Assembly (NCBI GenBank): GCA_051439505.1
Contig: JBFRWI010000120.1
Span: 1-34,367, forward strand
Direction: 5' to 3'
Source: Hormoscilla sp.
GTDB lineage: Bacteria; Cyanobacteriota; Cyanobacteriia; Cyanobacteriales; Desertifilaceae
DNA length: 34,367 nucleotides
Numbering within the stretch: the stretch's first letter is position 1; the number at the start of each line of letters is the position of its first letter. Below, in pieces: positions 18,548 through 26,925 of the stretch. The notes under the pieces were generated by a model. It worked only from the letters and a program-made list of their open reading frames with translations, was not told where the DNA came from and ran no database searches. Made by a program: the position numbers and the translations under genes.

Positions 18548-19837
18548 ATGAACCCGATCGCCTCCCAATTAGAAACTATCGTCTCTCCAGCAGCGGTAGT
18601 CAGCTTCTCACAGATGGAAGTCCCGCAGCAGCAACAGTTCCAACGGGCGATCGCCCCCGCCACTGCGAGACCGAAATGCATCGTCTATCCCAGTACCCCA
18701 GAGGAACTGGGGGCAGTATTACAACTGGCGAAGTCGCAAAGCTGGCGGGTGCTTCCCTGCGGGAGTGGAAGTAAGATCGACTGGGGAGGTTTGGTGCATC
18801 CTGTGGATATTATTGTCAGCACCGCAGGTTTGAACCAGGCGATCGAACATGCTGTTGATGACTTAACCTTGACAGTAGCAGCGGGGATGAAATTTGTCCA
18901 GATAGAAGAGATGTTAGCGGGTCACAATCAATTTCTGGCCCTGGACCCCGCCTATCCAGAAAATGCTACCATTGGCGGTATAGTTGCTACGGCAGATACT
19001 GGTAGCTGGCGACAGCGTTATGGCGGCGTCCGCGACAGGTTGATCGGCATTTCTTTCGTTCGCAGTGATGGTAAAATTGTTAAAGCTGGCGGTCGGGTAG
19101 TGAAAAATGTGGCGGGTTACGACTTGATGAAGCTGTTGACTGGTAGCTATGGCACCTTGGGGGTTATCAGTCAAGTTACCCTGCGCCTTTATCCTCTACC
19201 CGAGGCGTCGGGAACGGTGGTGTTAACAGGGTCAACTCCTGCCATAGACCAAGCAACCCGCACTCTGTTAAACTCGGCCTTGACCCCGACAGCAGCAGAC
19301 CTGACTTGTGACAGTGAGGGGATAAAATTAATTGCCCGTTTCCAAAGTATGGCTCAAAGCGTTAAACAACAGTCAGAACGACTGCTGGAAGTGGGACAAG
19401 CGCTGGGTTTAGAGGGGAGTTTGTACTCGGATACAGATGAGGTTAATCTCTGGAAAGGATTACGAAAACCAATCTGGGAATCGAGCGCAACAGTCCCAAT
19501 TATCTGTAAAATAGGAGTAAGGCCGACTGCTGCTGTGGAGGCCCTGACTTTTTGCCAGAAAATGCCTGCAACCTCCATCGCCGGTGTAATTCATGCCCGC
19601 ACCGGGTTGGGACTGTTGCGATCGGAGGCCCTGCGGTCTACCCAACTGCTGGAGATGCGATCGCACCTGGCGAGTAAAGGCGGTTTCCTGACAGTTTTAT
19701 CAGCACCGGTAGAGTTCAAGCAAAAGATAGATGTGTGGGGTTACAAGGGGAATGCCATAGAGATTATGCGGGGGATAAAACAGCAGTTCGACCCCAAAAA
19801 TATCTTGAGTCCCCACCGTTTTGTTGGGGGAATGTAA
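18548..19837 (+). CDS. glcE: Glycolate oxidase FAD-binding subunit GlcE
   Basis: ATIGG, GGRVVKNVAGYDLMKLLTGSYGTLG and KQQFDPKNILSPHRF motifs; lies between glcD and glcF. Confidence 0.92.
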   Translation: MNPIASQLETIVSPAAVVSFSQMEVPQQQQFQRAIAPATARPKCIVYPSTPEELGAVLQLAKSQSWRVLPCGSGSKIDWGGLVHPVDIIVSTAGLNQAIEHAVDDLTLTVAAGMKFVQIEEMLAGHNQFLALDPAYPENATIGGIVATADTGSWRQRYGGVRDRLIGISFVRSDGKIVKAGGRVVKNVAGYDLMKLLTGSYGTLGVISQVTLRLYPLPEASGTVVLTGSTPAIDQATRTLLNSALTPTAADLTCDSEGIKLIARFQSMAQSVKQQSERLLEVGQALGLEGSLYSDTDEVNLWKGLRKPIWESSATVPIICKIGVRPTAAVEALTFCQKMPATSIAGVIHARTGLGLLRSEALRSTQLLEMRSHLASKGGFLTVLSAPVEFKQKIDVWGYKGNAIEIMRGIKQQFDPKNILSPHRFVGGM

Positions 19838-19846
19838 TCAAACTAC

Positions 19847-20030
19847 GGCGTTGCACATTTTGGGGATGATAGCAGCCAATTTTTGATAATTGCTAATTGA
19901 TAATTGCTAATTGAATATCGGATATATATTTATGAGCAAAAATGACTATCTCAATTAACCATTGACAATTAGCAATTAGCGACCTACAGATGCATTTTTG
20001 GTGAAACGGAAATCAACGTTCATCTCAAAG
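19847..20030. mobile_element. Dispersed MITE-like repeat, GGCGTTGCACATTT family (copy 1)
   Basis: 19847-19967 aligns with 34243-34367 (GGCGTTGCACATTTT…GGGATGATAGCAGCCAATTTTT…TCTCAATTAACCATTGACA). Internal inverted TAATTGC/GCAATTA heptamers; degenerate right end TCATCTCAAA near 20020-20029. Confidence 0.75.
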
Positions 20031-20534
20031 ATCGTGAATAATGCTGGAATTTAATCTTTCCCGAATGCTGCTTAAATTATCGAGTTCTTGCTGCAAAGTA
20101 TGCACTCGATCTCGAAATTTACAAAGATCGCCCTTTACCTCTTTCAGTTCTAAGGACAGACGGCGCGATCGCAAAACAGTTTCCACCCTAGCTAGCAATT
20201 CCCGTTTCTCGATCGGGGTGACGATGACATCGTCAACTACATGCCAGAGGTTAGCAGTTAACAGCTTCACAGAGTCCCTGTTTGTCAACAGTAATATCGG
20301 GAGAAATACTGGAGTTTCGGCTTCTCTTCTAGCTTGCAATTGCTGTCGGTGTTGCGTCAGGACAAGACCATCGACAATACAGAGGTCAAATGGTTGAGAT
20401 ATTCCCCGTTCGAGATCGGGAAAATCATCAGGGAAGAGGAGTTGATAGCGCTTGGCCATCAACTCTGCCAACAGGCGGCGGTTTTCTTGGTGAGCGATAA
20501 ATAGCATTATTTTCATCAAGGGTTCACGGTCCAT
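20025..20534 (-). CDS. Atypical (pseudo-)receiver domain plus coiled coil; probably a truncated hybrid histidine kinase
   Basis: Receiver-like pattern FDLCIVD, LPILLLT, DDVIVTP…ELLARV, lacking the N-terminal acidic pair and the conserved Lys. Ends at SSIIHDL*, the start of an H-box. Confidence 0.7.
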   Translation of the reverse strand: MDREPLMKIMLFIAHQENRRLLAELMAKRYQLLFPDDFPDLERGISQPFDLCIVDGLVLTQHRQQLQARREAETPVFLPILLLTNRDSVKLLTANLWHVVDDVIVTPIEKRELLARVETVLRSRRLSLELKEVKGDLCKFRDRVHTLQQELDNLSSIRERLNSSIIHDL

Positions 20535-20568
20535 GGTTCATGATTCGTGGTTAATTAGTAATTAGCAA

Positions 20569-22005
20569 TTAGGAGTCAAGAAAGTCGGGAGTGCCGCTGA
20601 GAATACCCCGCAAATTGGTCAGAGGTTTTCCCACCTTAATGCCATAGCGAGTGATTTCAAACTCCCTCAAGGTTTTCTCAAAGTCACTGAGACGCTTCTT
20701 CAATACCCCGATCGCCTTGCGCAGTTCTCCTTTCACCTCCAGGTAGCGCAGGAAAAGGATATTATCGGCTAGGTAAGAAATGCCCATCTCAGTCACCCGA
20801 AAGTCCCCAGTCAAGAATTCCACCTCATTCACCAATAGGATCGCCACCCCCATATTTTTCAGATAGTTACACAGGGCGTGCAGGTGACGAACTAGATCCC
20901 TTTGGTAAAAGGAAAGCCGATAGCCAGAAATACTGTCAAGCATCACGATCTTGACTGAGTTTTGCTCCACTTCCCGCCGCACCAAGTTGGCGAACTCGTC
21001 GCAACTGTATAATAGTGGCTCGATCGATAAGACTGTCAGGGTTCCCCGATCGAGCATGGCACGCACCGGGATGTTGACTGCTTCACAGCGTTGCAGCAGA
21101 GTTTCGGTGGCCTCTTCAAAGCAACAAACGAGCGATCGCTCCCCGCGTCCGGCAGCTTCCTTCATAAACTGCATACCCAAAGTAGTTTTACCTACTCCAG
21201 AAGGACCGCTAATAATGGTAATGCTGCTGCGTTCGATACCCCCTTGCAGCAACTCGTCCATTTCTGGGATCCCCGAAGAGATCCGTTCGGCGGTCAATTT
21301 TACCTGGGACTTTTTCGGGACGACGCGAGGGAAAACCAGCATACCCCGATCCGCGATCCGCATCGAGTGAGTACCCTTGCGGAAATCAGAGCTGCGAAAC
21401 TTGTGGACGCTCAGACTACGTCGTTCTTCAGCAAATTCCAAGTTAATGATACCATCAGCGATAAATTGCAAGTCTTCGTCGGGCGCTTGTTGACTGGCTT
21501 CAGCGGTGAACAGCACCGTAGCACCCCGATCCTTGAGAAACCGCAGGAAGGACAGCACTTGTTTGTGAAACTCGAAGCTATCGGTTGCCAGATAGCGGAA
21601 CTGGGTAATGGAGTCTAAAAACACTCGCTGGGGTTGGAGAGATTCCACCTGCTGGATAATTTTTTGGGCGATCGGGTCTCGTTCCACCTCTGCTGGGGAG
21701 AAGATATCATAGGTTTGTACCTGAGTAAAGAATGAAGAGGAGGGACTCAGGTCGAGACAGGTAATCTCCTCTAGGTCAAAACTCATAGTCGCAGCATTCT
21801 GGCGCAGTTGAGTTTCTGATTCCCCCAAGGTAATTAACATGGTTTTTTCGCCCTGGGAACTACCAGCGACCAGAAAGTGCATTCCCAGGGTAGTTTTGCC
21901 GCAACCGGGGCCACCTCGCACTAAATAGGCTTGTCCGGGGATGAGACCGCCCATCAGCACTTCATCTAAACCGGTGATTCCCGTGGAGAGACGATTTGGA
22001 GACAT
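20569..22005 (-). CDS. KaiC-like double-domain RecA-superfamily ATPase (not the canonical clock KaiC)
   Basis: Two domains starting RLSTGITGLDEVL and RISSGIPEMDELL; Walker A GGPGCGKT and GPSGVGKT; GISYLADN at the KaiC S/T phosphosite position; ends shortly after ILSGTP. Confidence 0.9.
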   Translation of the reverse strand: MSPNRLSTGITGLDEVLMGGLIPGQAYLVRGGPGCGKTTLGMHFLVAGSSQGEKTMLITLGESETQLRQNAATMSFDLEEITCLDLSPSSSFFTQVQTYDIFSPAEVERDPIAQKIIQQVESLQPQRVFLDSITQFRYLATDSFEFHKQVLSFLRFLKDRGATVLFTAEASQQAPDEDLQFIADGIINLEFAEERRSLSVHKFRSSDFRKGTHSMRIADRGMLVFPRVVPKKSQVKLTAERISSGIPEMDELLQGGIERSSITIISGPSGVGKTTLGMQFMKEAAGRGERSLVCCFEEATETLLQRCEAVNIPVRAMLDRGTLTVLSIEPLLYSCDEFANLVRREVEQNSVKIVMLDSISGYRLSFYQRDLVRHLHALCNYLKNMGVAILLVNEVEFLTGDFRVTEMGISYLADNILFLRYLEVKGELRKAIGVLKKRLSDFEKTLREFEITRYGIKVGKPLTNLRGILSGTPDFLDS

Positions 22006-22216
22006 ATCTTGTTCGCGATCGAATTACGTCAATTATCATGGTATGATTTTCATGACCCAGATGCAAGACCTGACAAGCACCCATCCCCGCCCCAGCCCCA
22101 GCCCTAGCCTGTCCTTGATGGCAATGATTAGATTTGCGAATATCCCCGCCCTTGCCCAAAGGTGATAATTCTCTGTACAATCATTGTATATCCAGGGCAA
22201 AATCCCCACAAATAAC

Positions 22217-23614
22217 ATGCAAACTACCGAAAATACGACAGTTGATTTAAAACCAGCCAAAGAAAGTAACTTCCTGGGGCAAAATCCCCATCTTAACCCA
22301 GGTTTTGACGTGCAAAACCCTCCCAAACAAGAGTTAATCGATGCCTGCGTTCACTGCGGGTTTTGTTTATCTACTTGTCCCAGCTATCGGGTAATTGGTA
22401 AGGAGATGGACTCTCCCAGGGGGCGCATTTATCTCATGGATGGGATCAATAAAGGTGAGGCACCCTTGGCGGAGGCCACATCTCAACATTTTGATTCTTG
22501 CTTGGGTTGTCTCGCCTGTGTTAGTACCTGTCCTTCTGGCGTTCAGTACGATCGCCTGATTTCGGCCACTCGCCATCAAGTCCAACGGAATATCCCCCGC
22601 AGTTTGCCCGATCGCGCGATCAGAACTCTGATCTTTAACCTGTTTCCCTACCCCAACCGCTTGCGTCCTTTATTAGTACCCCTCTATATCTATCAGAAAT
22701 TGGGGTTGCCAAAATTGGTGCGATTTTTCGCGCAGCGTTCGACAGGTTTATTAAACAAAATCTTCCCGCGCCTAGGGGCGATGGAGGCAATTTTACCACA
22801 GATTGATTTGAGTGCTTTCTGGAATAAATTACCAGATGTCATTCCGGCCCAAGGGGAAAAACGCTACCGGGTGGGAGTAATATTAGGTTGCGTGCAACGG
22901 TTATTCTTCTCTCCGGTAAATGAAGCGACGGTGCGGGTTTTAACAGCGAATGGTTGTGAAGTTGTGATACCCAAAACCCAAGGTTGCTGTGCGGCGCTAC
23001 CGGAACATCAGGGACAAACAGCCCAGGCGCAAGCATTGGCCAGACAGATGATAGATAGCTTTGCCGGGACAAAAGTAGATTATATCATCATCAATGCGGC
23101 AGGATGCGGTCATACCCTGAAAGAATACGGACATATTATGGCCGACGACCCCAATTATCGCGAAAAAGCGCAAGCATTTGTCAGTAAAGTTAGGGACGTG
23201 CAAGAGTTTTTAGCAGAGGTAGGATTGACGGCACAACTGTCACCATTGACCGATGGAGAGTTGACAATAGTATATCAAGATGCTTGTCATTTATTGCACG
23301 GACAAAAGATTAGCGTGCAACCGCGTCAGCTGTTGCAGCAAATTCCGGGAGTCAAGCTGCGGGAACCTTTAGATGCAGCCTTGTGCTGTGGCAGTGCGGG
23401 GGTTTATAATATGTTGCAACCAGAAGTAGCCGATGAATTGGGACAGCAAAAGGCGCAGAATTTGTTGAATACGGGTGCGGAGTTAATTGCTTCTCCTAAC
23501 CCCGGTTGTTCTTTGCAAATTAAGAAGCATTTGCAAGGAAAGAAAATGACGCTGATGCATCCGATGGAATTGTTGGATTATTCTATTCGCGGGATGAAGT
23601 TACCAATTTCGTAG
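22217..23614 (+). CDS. glcF: Glycolate oxidase iron-sulfur subunit GlcF
   Basis: CVHCGFCLSTCP and CLGCLACVSTCPSG 4Fe-4S motifs, DSPRGRI, and two CCG-type domains (QGCCAA, CCGSAGVYN). Probable ATG at 22217. Confidence 0.93.
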   Translation: MQTTENTTVDLKPAKESNFLGQNPHLNPGFDVQNPPKQELIDACVHCGFCLSTCPSYRVIGKEMDSPRGRIYLMDGINKGEAPLAEATSQHFDSCLGCLACVSTCPSGVQYDRLISATRHQVQRNIPRSLPDRAIRTLIFNLFPYPNRLRPLLVPLYIYQKLGLPKLVRFFAQRSTGLLNKIFPRLGAMEAILPQIDLSAFWNKLPDVIPAQGEKRYRVGVILGCVQRLFFSPVNEATVRVLTANGCEVVIPKTQGCCAALPEHQGQTAQAQALARQMIDSFAGTKVDYIIINAAGCGHTLKEYGHIMADDPNYREKAQAFVSKVRDVQEFLAEVGLTAQLSPLTDGELTIVYQDACHLLHGQKISVQPRQLLQQIPGVKLREPLDAALCCGSAGVYNMLQPEVADELGQQKAQNLLNTGAELIASPNPGCSLQIKKHLQGKKMTLMHPMELLDYSIRGMKLPIS

Positions 23615-23630
23615 GTTGGGTTGACGGACT

Positions 23631-23665
23631 AAGAAACCCGGTTTCTCCAAGAAACCGGGTTTCTT
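23631..23665. terminator. Inverted repeat between convergent glcF and PIN genes
   Basis: AAGAAACCCGGTTTCT-CCA-AGAAACCGGGTTTCTT. A degenerate relative lies at ~31410-31440 after the tRNA. Confidence 0.65.
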
Positions 23666-23694
23666 GGTACTCAACTGCAAGGACTAATACCAAT

Positions 23695-24111
23695 TTAGGT
23701 TAACTCCTGGATCGTCTGGCTGGGAGTGAGAATGCGAGGAGTAACCACCTGTGTGGGAAAATCTTGGGGGTTGCGGGTCACGATCGCATCCAAATGATTC
23801 ACTACAGCAGTAGAATACTGAATAGCATCCTCCAAGTCAGTGAAATCAGAATTTAGCGCCATTTCTATTGCCGCCTGGTTGACGGTAGCAATTTGGCATA
23901 AACCAGCTATCTTTCTCAAAAATTTCCGGGTTAACTCTCGACCCTTGTCTTTACGGATAATGTAGTAGAAGTCACCAAAAGTCGATGCCGAGATGTAGCC
24001 TTCAACTGTTCCCTGTTCGACAAGTGATACAATGACTTCGCTGTCCTGAAAATAAGGCTGACGTTCAAGGGCTACATCTATAATGATGTTGGTATCGAGT
24101 AATATTTTCAT
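23695..24111 (-). CDS. PIN-domain (VapC-like) toxin
   Basis: MKILLDTNIIID, DLEDAIQ and IVTRNPQDF motifs; 4-nt ATGA overlap with the upstream gene. Confidence 0.9.
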   Translation of the reverse strand: MKILLDTNIIIDVALERQPYFQDSEVIVSLVEQGTVEGYISASTFGDFYYIIRKDKGRELTRKFLRKIAGLCQIATVNQAAIEMALNSDFTDLEDAIQYSTAVVNHLDAIVTRNPQDFPTQVVTPRILTPSQTIQELT

Positions 24112-24401
24112 AGGTTATACTTTTCCTTCAATGCTTCCCATCGTGCCATATCGGGATCGAAGTCAGGTGAAGCGGGTTCAGTTTCTTCAAACCAATCCTT
24201 GAGTGCTTTTATCTGAGATGGACGTTGCCGTTTAGGGATCTCTGCTTGTGCTGCGGTAGCTGACATCAGAGTATTGGACACTGCTGCTACTGGTTCCAAG
24301 ACGACGATCGCTTCCACCTCTCCGGGGGGCATTTTAATCGGTGACCTAATGATTAAGTAACCGTCACTGTCGATCGTGCCTTTCATTTTATATGCTTGCA
24401 T
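24108..24401 (-). CDS. Putative antitoxin partner of the PIN toxin
   Basis: 97 aa, MQAYKMKGTIDSDGYL…ARWEALKEKYNL; GGAGG upstream of ATG 24401; translationally coupled to the PIN gene. Confidence 0.7.
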   Translation of the reverse strand: MQAYKMKGTIDSDGYLIIRSPIKMPPGEVEAIVVLEPVAAVSNTLMSATAAQAEIPKRQRPSQIKALKDWFEETEPASPDFDPDMARWEALKEKYNL

Positions 24402-24468
24402 CTTTTCCCTCCATGTTTTTTCTAGTATAGCATGGTTCTTTGCTTGCGGGTGCAAAACCCGATCGCAT

Positions 24469-24949
24469 TTATTCATAGTGTAAACGACAGGTCAGAAAAT
24501 CTATCTGGGTACTTCCCACCCGATATACAAGTCGATGTTCTTGGTCAATTCGCCGCGACCAAGTATCCGCATCCCTATATAGCTTTTCTCGGCATTGATG
24601 TGGCCATTGCCTATTTGTCATTGCGAGGGGGGGGACAAGCGTGATAACTTATGCTTTCATAGAGTCGCGCAGCGTTGCGAGGCACGAAGCAATCCCCCCC
24701 CCGTTAGCGCAGCGGCCCGACGCAGGAGGGCTAGCAATCTCCACAAGTGGTAAGCTGACTCTGTTGCACCCTGGGCCGGAGATTGCTTCGGGGGGTATGA
24801 TCGTTTAGTATACCCAAGTTATCACTGTGGTATCCCCCCTCGCAATGACATCTTCTTCATAAGGCGCGCCGATCCAATTCAGAAAGATATCAACTACTTT
24901 TGACCACAGATGTTTCTTCTGGTTCATACTTCTGCTTCTTTTTGCTCAA
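24469..24949 (-). pseudogene. yoeB: Txe/YoeB toxin split by an inserted palindromic element
   Basis: N-fragment from TTG 24949, MSKKKQKYEPEETSVVKSS* (overlaps the yefM stop). C-fragment 24573-24469, [34 protein letters not shown], carries the YoeB WSRRI..EHRLVY signature. The middle is replaced by repeat DNA. Confidence 0.85.
24616..24850. mobile_element. MITE-like palindromic element, GTCATTGCGAG family (copy 2, nested)
   Basis: Ends TGTCATTGCGAGGGGG…CCCCCTCGCAATGACA; nested inverted repeats GTGATAACTT/AAGTTATCAC and CGAAGCAATC/GATTGCTTCG; shares ATCCCCCCCCC-GTTAGCGCAGCGGC with copy 1. Confidence 0.8.
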
Positions 24950-25241
24950 TTTCTAACTCCTGTTTCAGTTCTTCTATCGTTTGAGGCTGAATTTTTCCCA
25001 ACTTTGATTCCTCTAAGGCATCCAATAGCCGCCTGGCATTTGCAGGAGTTCGTAACAAATAAACTGTCTCCATGAGGCTGGCTAAATCTGATTCAGCAAT
25101 TAGCGCTACATTCTCCCCTTCTGGGCGGTTGACGATGAATACCTGCCGAGTTTCTGCGACTAGCTTTAATAAGTTAAATAGGTCATTTTTGGCCTCGGCT
25201 GGCGAAGTTATTTGACAGGAACTTGTTGAAAAAGATGACAT
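24924..25241 (-). CDS. yefM: Phd/YefM-family antitoxin
   Basis: SPAEAKNDLFNLL…ENVALIAESDLASLMETVYLLRTPANARRLL motif; probable ATG 25241. Confidence 0.88.
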   Translation of the reverse strand: MSSFSTSSCQITSPAEAKNDLFNLLKLVAETRQVFIVNRPEGENVALIAESDLASLMETVYLLRTPANARRLLDALEESKLGKIQPQTIEELKQELEIEQKEAEV

Positions 25242-25329
25242 GGCTTTCTTGTTTAGTCCCAATATTCTGATGATAACATGATTTTGTGAAATTACCAGCT
25301 TGTCCAAACCTTATTTCGGGAATAGCTGG

Positions 25330-25417
25330 TCGTAGGTTGGGTTGAGGCACGAAACCCAACAAATAGATGTTGTATGCGTTGCCATTGTTGGGTAATAAAC
25401 GACAACCAAACCTACGA
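25330..25417. repeat. Inverted pair of GTAG-type REP elements
   Basis: TCGTAGGTTGGGTTGAGGCACGAAACCCAAC…GTTGGGT…ACCAAACCTACGA. The first 16 bp are repeated exactly at 23609-23624. Confidence 0.7.
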
Positions 25418-25443
25418 ATGTCATGCATTAAATCGCCCCTTTA

Positions 25444-25986
25444 TTATGCCAATAGTCTCTCGATCGCGACCTCAATTTCCGCAAATGCCAGGGGGATGAT
25501 TTTTCCTCCTGTAAGGGTCTGTTTGGTCAGATATTTGCCATTTTGGGGATTTCTAAACACGACCATCTGCTTCGCCGATAAATCTAAAACCCAATATTCT
25601 TGAATACCCGCCCTGGCGTAGATAGTCGATTTTAGATCCAAGTCTTTCTTCAAGCTAGTTTTAGCTACCTCGATAATCCAAAATATGTCGTCAACTTCAG
25701 GGTGGCGATCGTCGTAAATCGACCCTAGTCGTCGAACAATGGCAATATCGGGTTCGGGTTCTGAGTTTGCTAGAGTAATTGGTCCGTTGAAGCGAACCTC
25801 AGCAACTGCTTCTAGCAAGTTCTCTAAATATTTAGAACCTCGCCTTGCTGTATTGTAATGAATGGGAGTTTCCGGACTCATTTCAACAATCTCACCTGCT
25901 AACAGTTCGACAGGGCGATCGGACAAAATCCCTGTCTCGATCATCTGATGATAGTCTTCTACAGACCATTTAATTAGCGTCTTCAT
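25444..25986 (-). CDS. Uma2-family (DUF820) endonuclease
   Basis: WSVEDYHQM, VELLAGEIVEMSP, SEPEPDIAIV, IIEVA and YARAGIQEYWVLD motifs; probable ATG 25986. Confidence 0.92.
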   Translation of the reverse strand: MKTLIKWSVEDYHQMIETGILSDRPVELLAGEIVEMSPETPIHYNTARRGSKYLENLLEAVAEVRFNGPITLANSEPEPDIAIVRRLGSIYDDRHPEVDDIFWIIEVAKTSLKKDLDLKSTIYARAGIQEYWVLDLSAKQMVVFRNPQNGKYLTKQTLTGGKIIPLAFAEIEVAIERLLA

Positions 25987-25990
25987 GGCA

Positions 25991-26102
25991 GTAGGGTGGG
26001 CACCGCCCACCATTCGCGGGTGTGGCCAACAACTGTTATTATACAGTATCTGAACTGGGTAATGCCATAATTCCTCTCGTTCCCAGGTTCTACCTGGGAA
26101 CG
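25991..26102. repeat. Two REP-like hairpins in the Uma2/GUN4 divergent intergenic region
   Basis: GTAG-GGTGGGC-ACC-GCCCACC (25991-26011) and CGTTCCCAGGT-TCT-ACCTGGGAACG (26078-26102). Confidence 0.7.
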
Positions 26103-26197
26103 GTCTTCTGAGGCTCCCGCCTCCTGGGGGATGCCCGGGTGTAAAATGGAATCACAATCCACTATTATTGTCACCAAATCACCGGAGGTGTATAGCC

Positions 26198-26731
26198 ATG
26201 ACTGCCGAACCCGGACGCTGTACCGATCGAGCCCTAGCTAAAGTTTCTGAAGTTGCTGCCAAACCTGAAGAACAGGTTCCAGCAAGATACCATAAATTAC
26301 GGGATCTGCTCTCAGCAGGGAAGTGGGAAGAGGCGGACCGAGAAACTTTCAAAGTCATGCTGCAAGTGGCCGATCGCGAAAAAGAAGGTTGGTTAGAGAG
26401 AGAAGCTAATATAAATTTTCCCTGTGAAGACCTGCGTGCAATAGACAAACTATGGGTAAAATCTAGTAATGGGCGCTTCGGCTTTTCGGTGCAGAAGCGC
26501 ATCTGGCTAGAAGTGGGAGGTTCATTGGATTATGAAACGGCATCCCGTCTGGCCGATCGGGTAGGATGGCGTGAAAAAGGAGAATGGCAGTTAAGTAGTG
26601 ACCTAACCTATAGCCTCGCCGCACCCGCCGGGCATCTGCCAGCGCGCGCCGCTTGGGGTGGGATCGTCGGGCTGCGGGGCGCGGTGTGTGCCTCTTCCCT
26701 CGCGCACAGATGTGTGAACTGTAACATATAA
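26198..26731 (+). CDS. GUN4-domain protein (paralog type) with an adenine-depleted C-terminal coding segment
   Basis: YHKLRDLLSAGKWEEADRET, FPCEDLRAIDKLWVKSSNGRFGFSVQKRIW, DRVGWR and APAGHLP motifs; GGAGG at 26184-26188 before ATG 26198. Confidence 0.9.
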   Translation: MTAEPGRCTDRALAKVSEVAAKPEEQVPARYHKLRDLLSAGKWEEADRETFKVMLQVADREKEGWLEREANINFPCEDLRAIDKLWVKSSNGRFGFSVQKRIWLEVGGSLDYETASRLADRVGWREKGEWQLSSDLTYSLAAPAGHLPARAAWGGIVGLRGAVCASSLAHRCVNCNI

Positions 26732-26925
26732 GAATCACAGTCCGATCGGAAAAAGAACCTGTTACCGGTGACTGGCGATCGGCGACCAGCACATGCAAAC
26801 GCGCTTTGCGTTTACTACGAACGGCGCAAGCAAACGCGCTTTGTGTTAATGTAGAGTGATATCTGCTACGTTACAATACATGCAGCGACAGAAATGATGA
26901 TATCGCTTCTAAGGAGGACAAAAAA

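Noticed and set aside
20569..22005. Circadian clock kaiC
   Set aside because: No kaiA/kaiB, S-Y instead of S-T at the phosphosite position, and no long C-terminal tail; treated as KaiC-like only.
26198..26731. The canonical Mg-chelatase cofactor gun4 (ycf53)
   Set aside because: Accessory-region context, relic-like N-terminus and variable-looking tail fit the expanded GUN4-domain paralogs instead.
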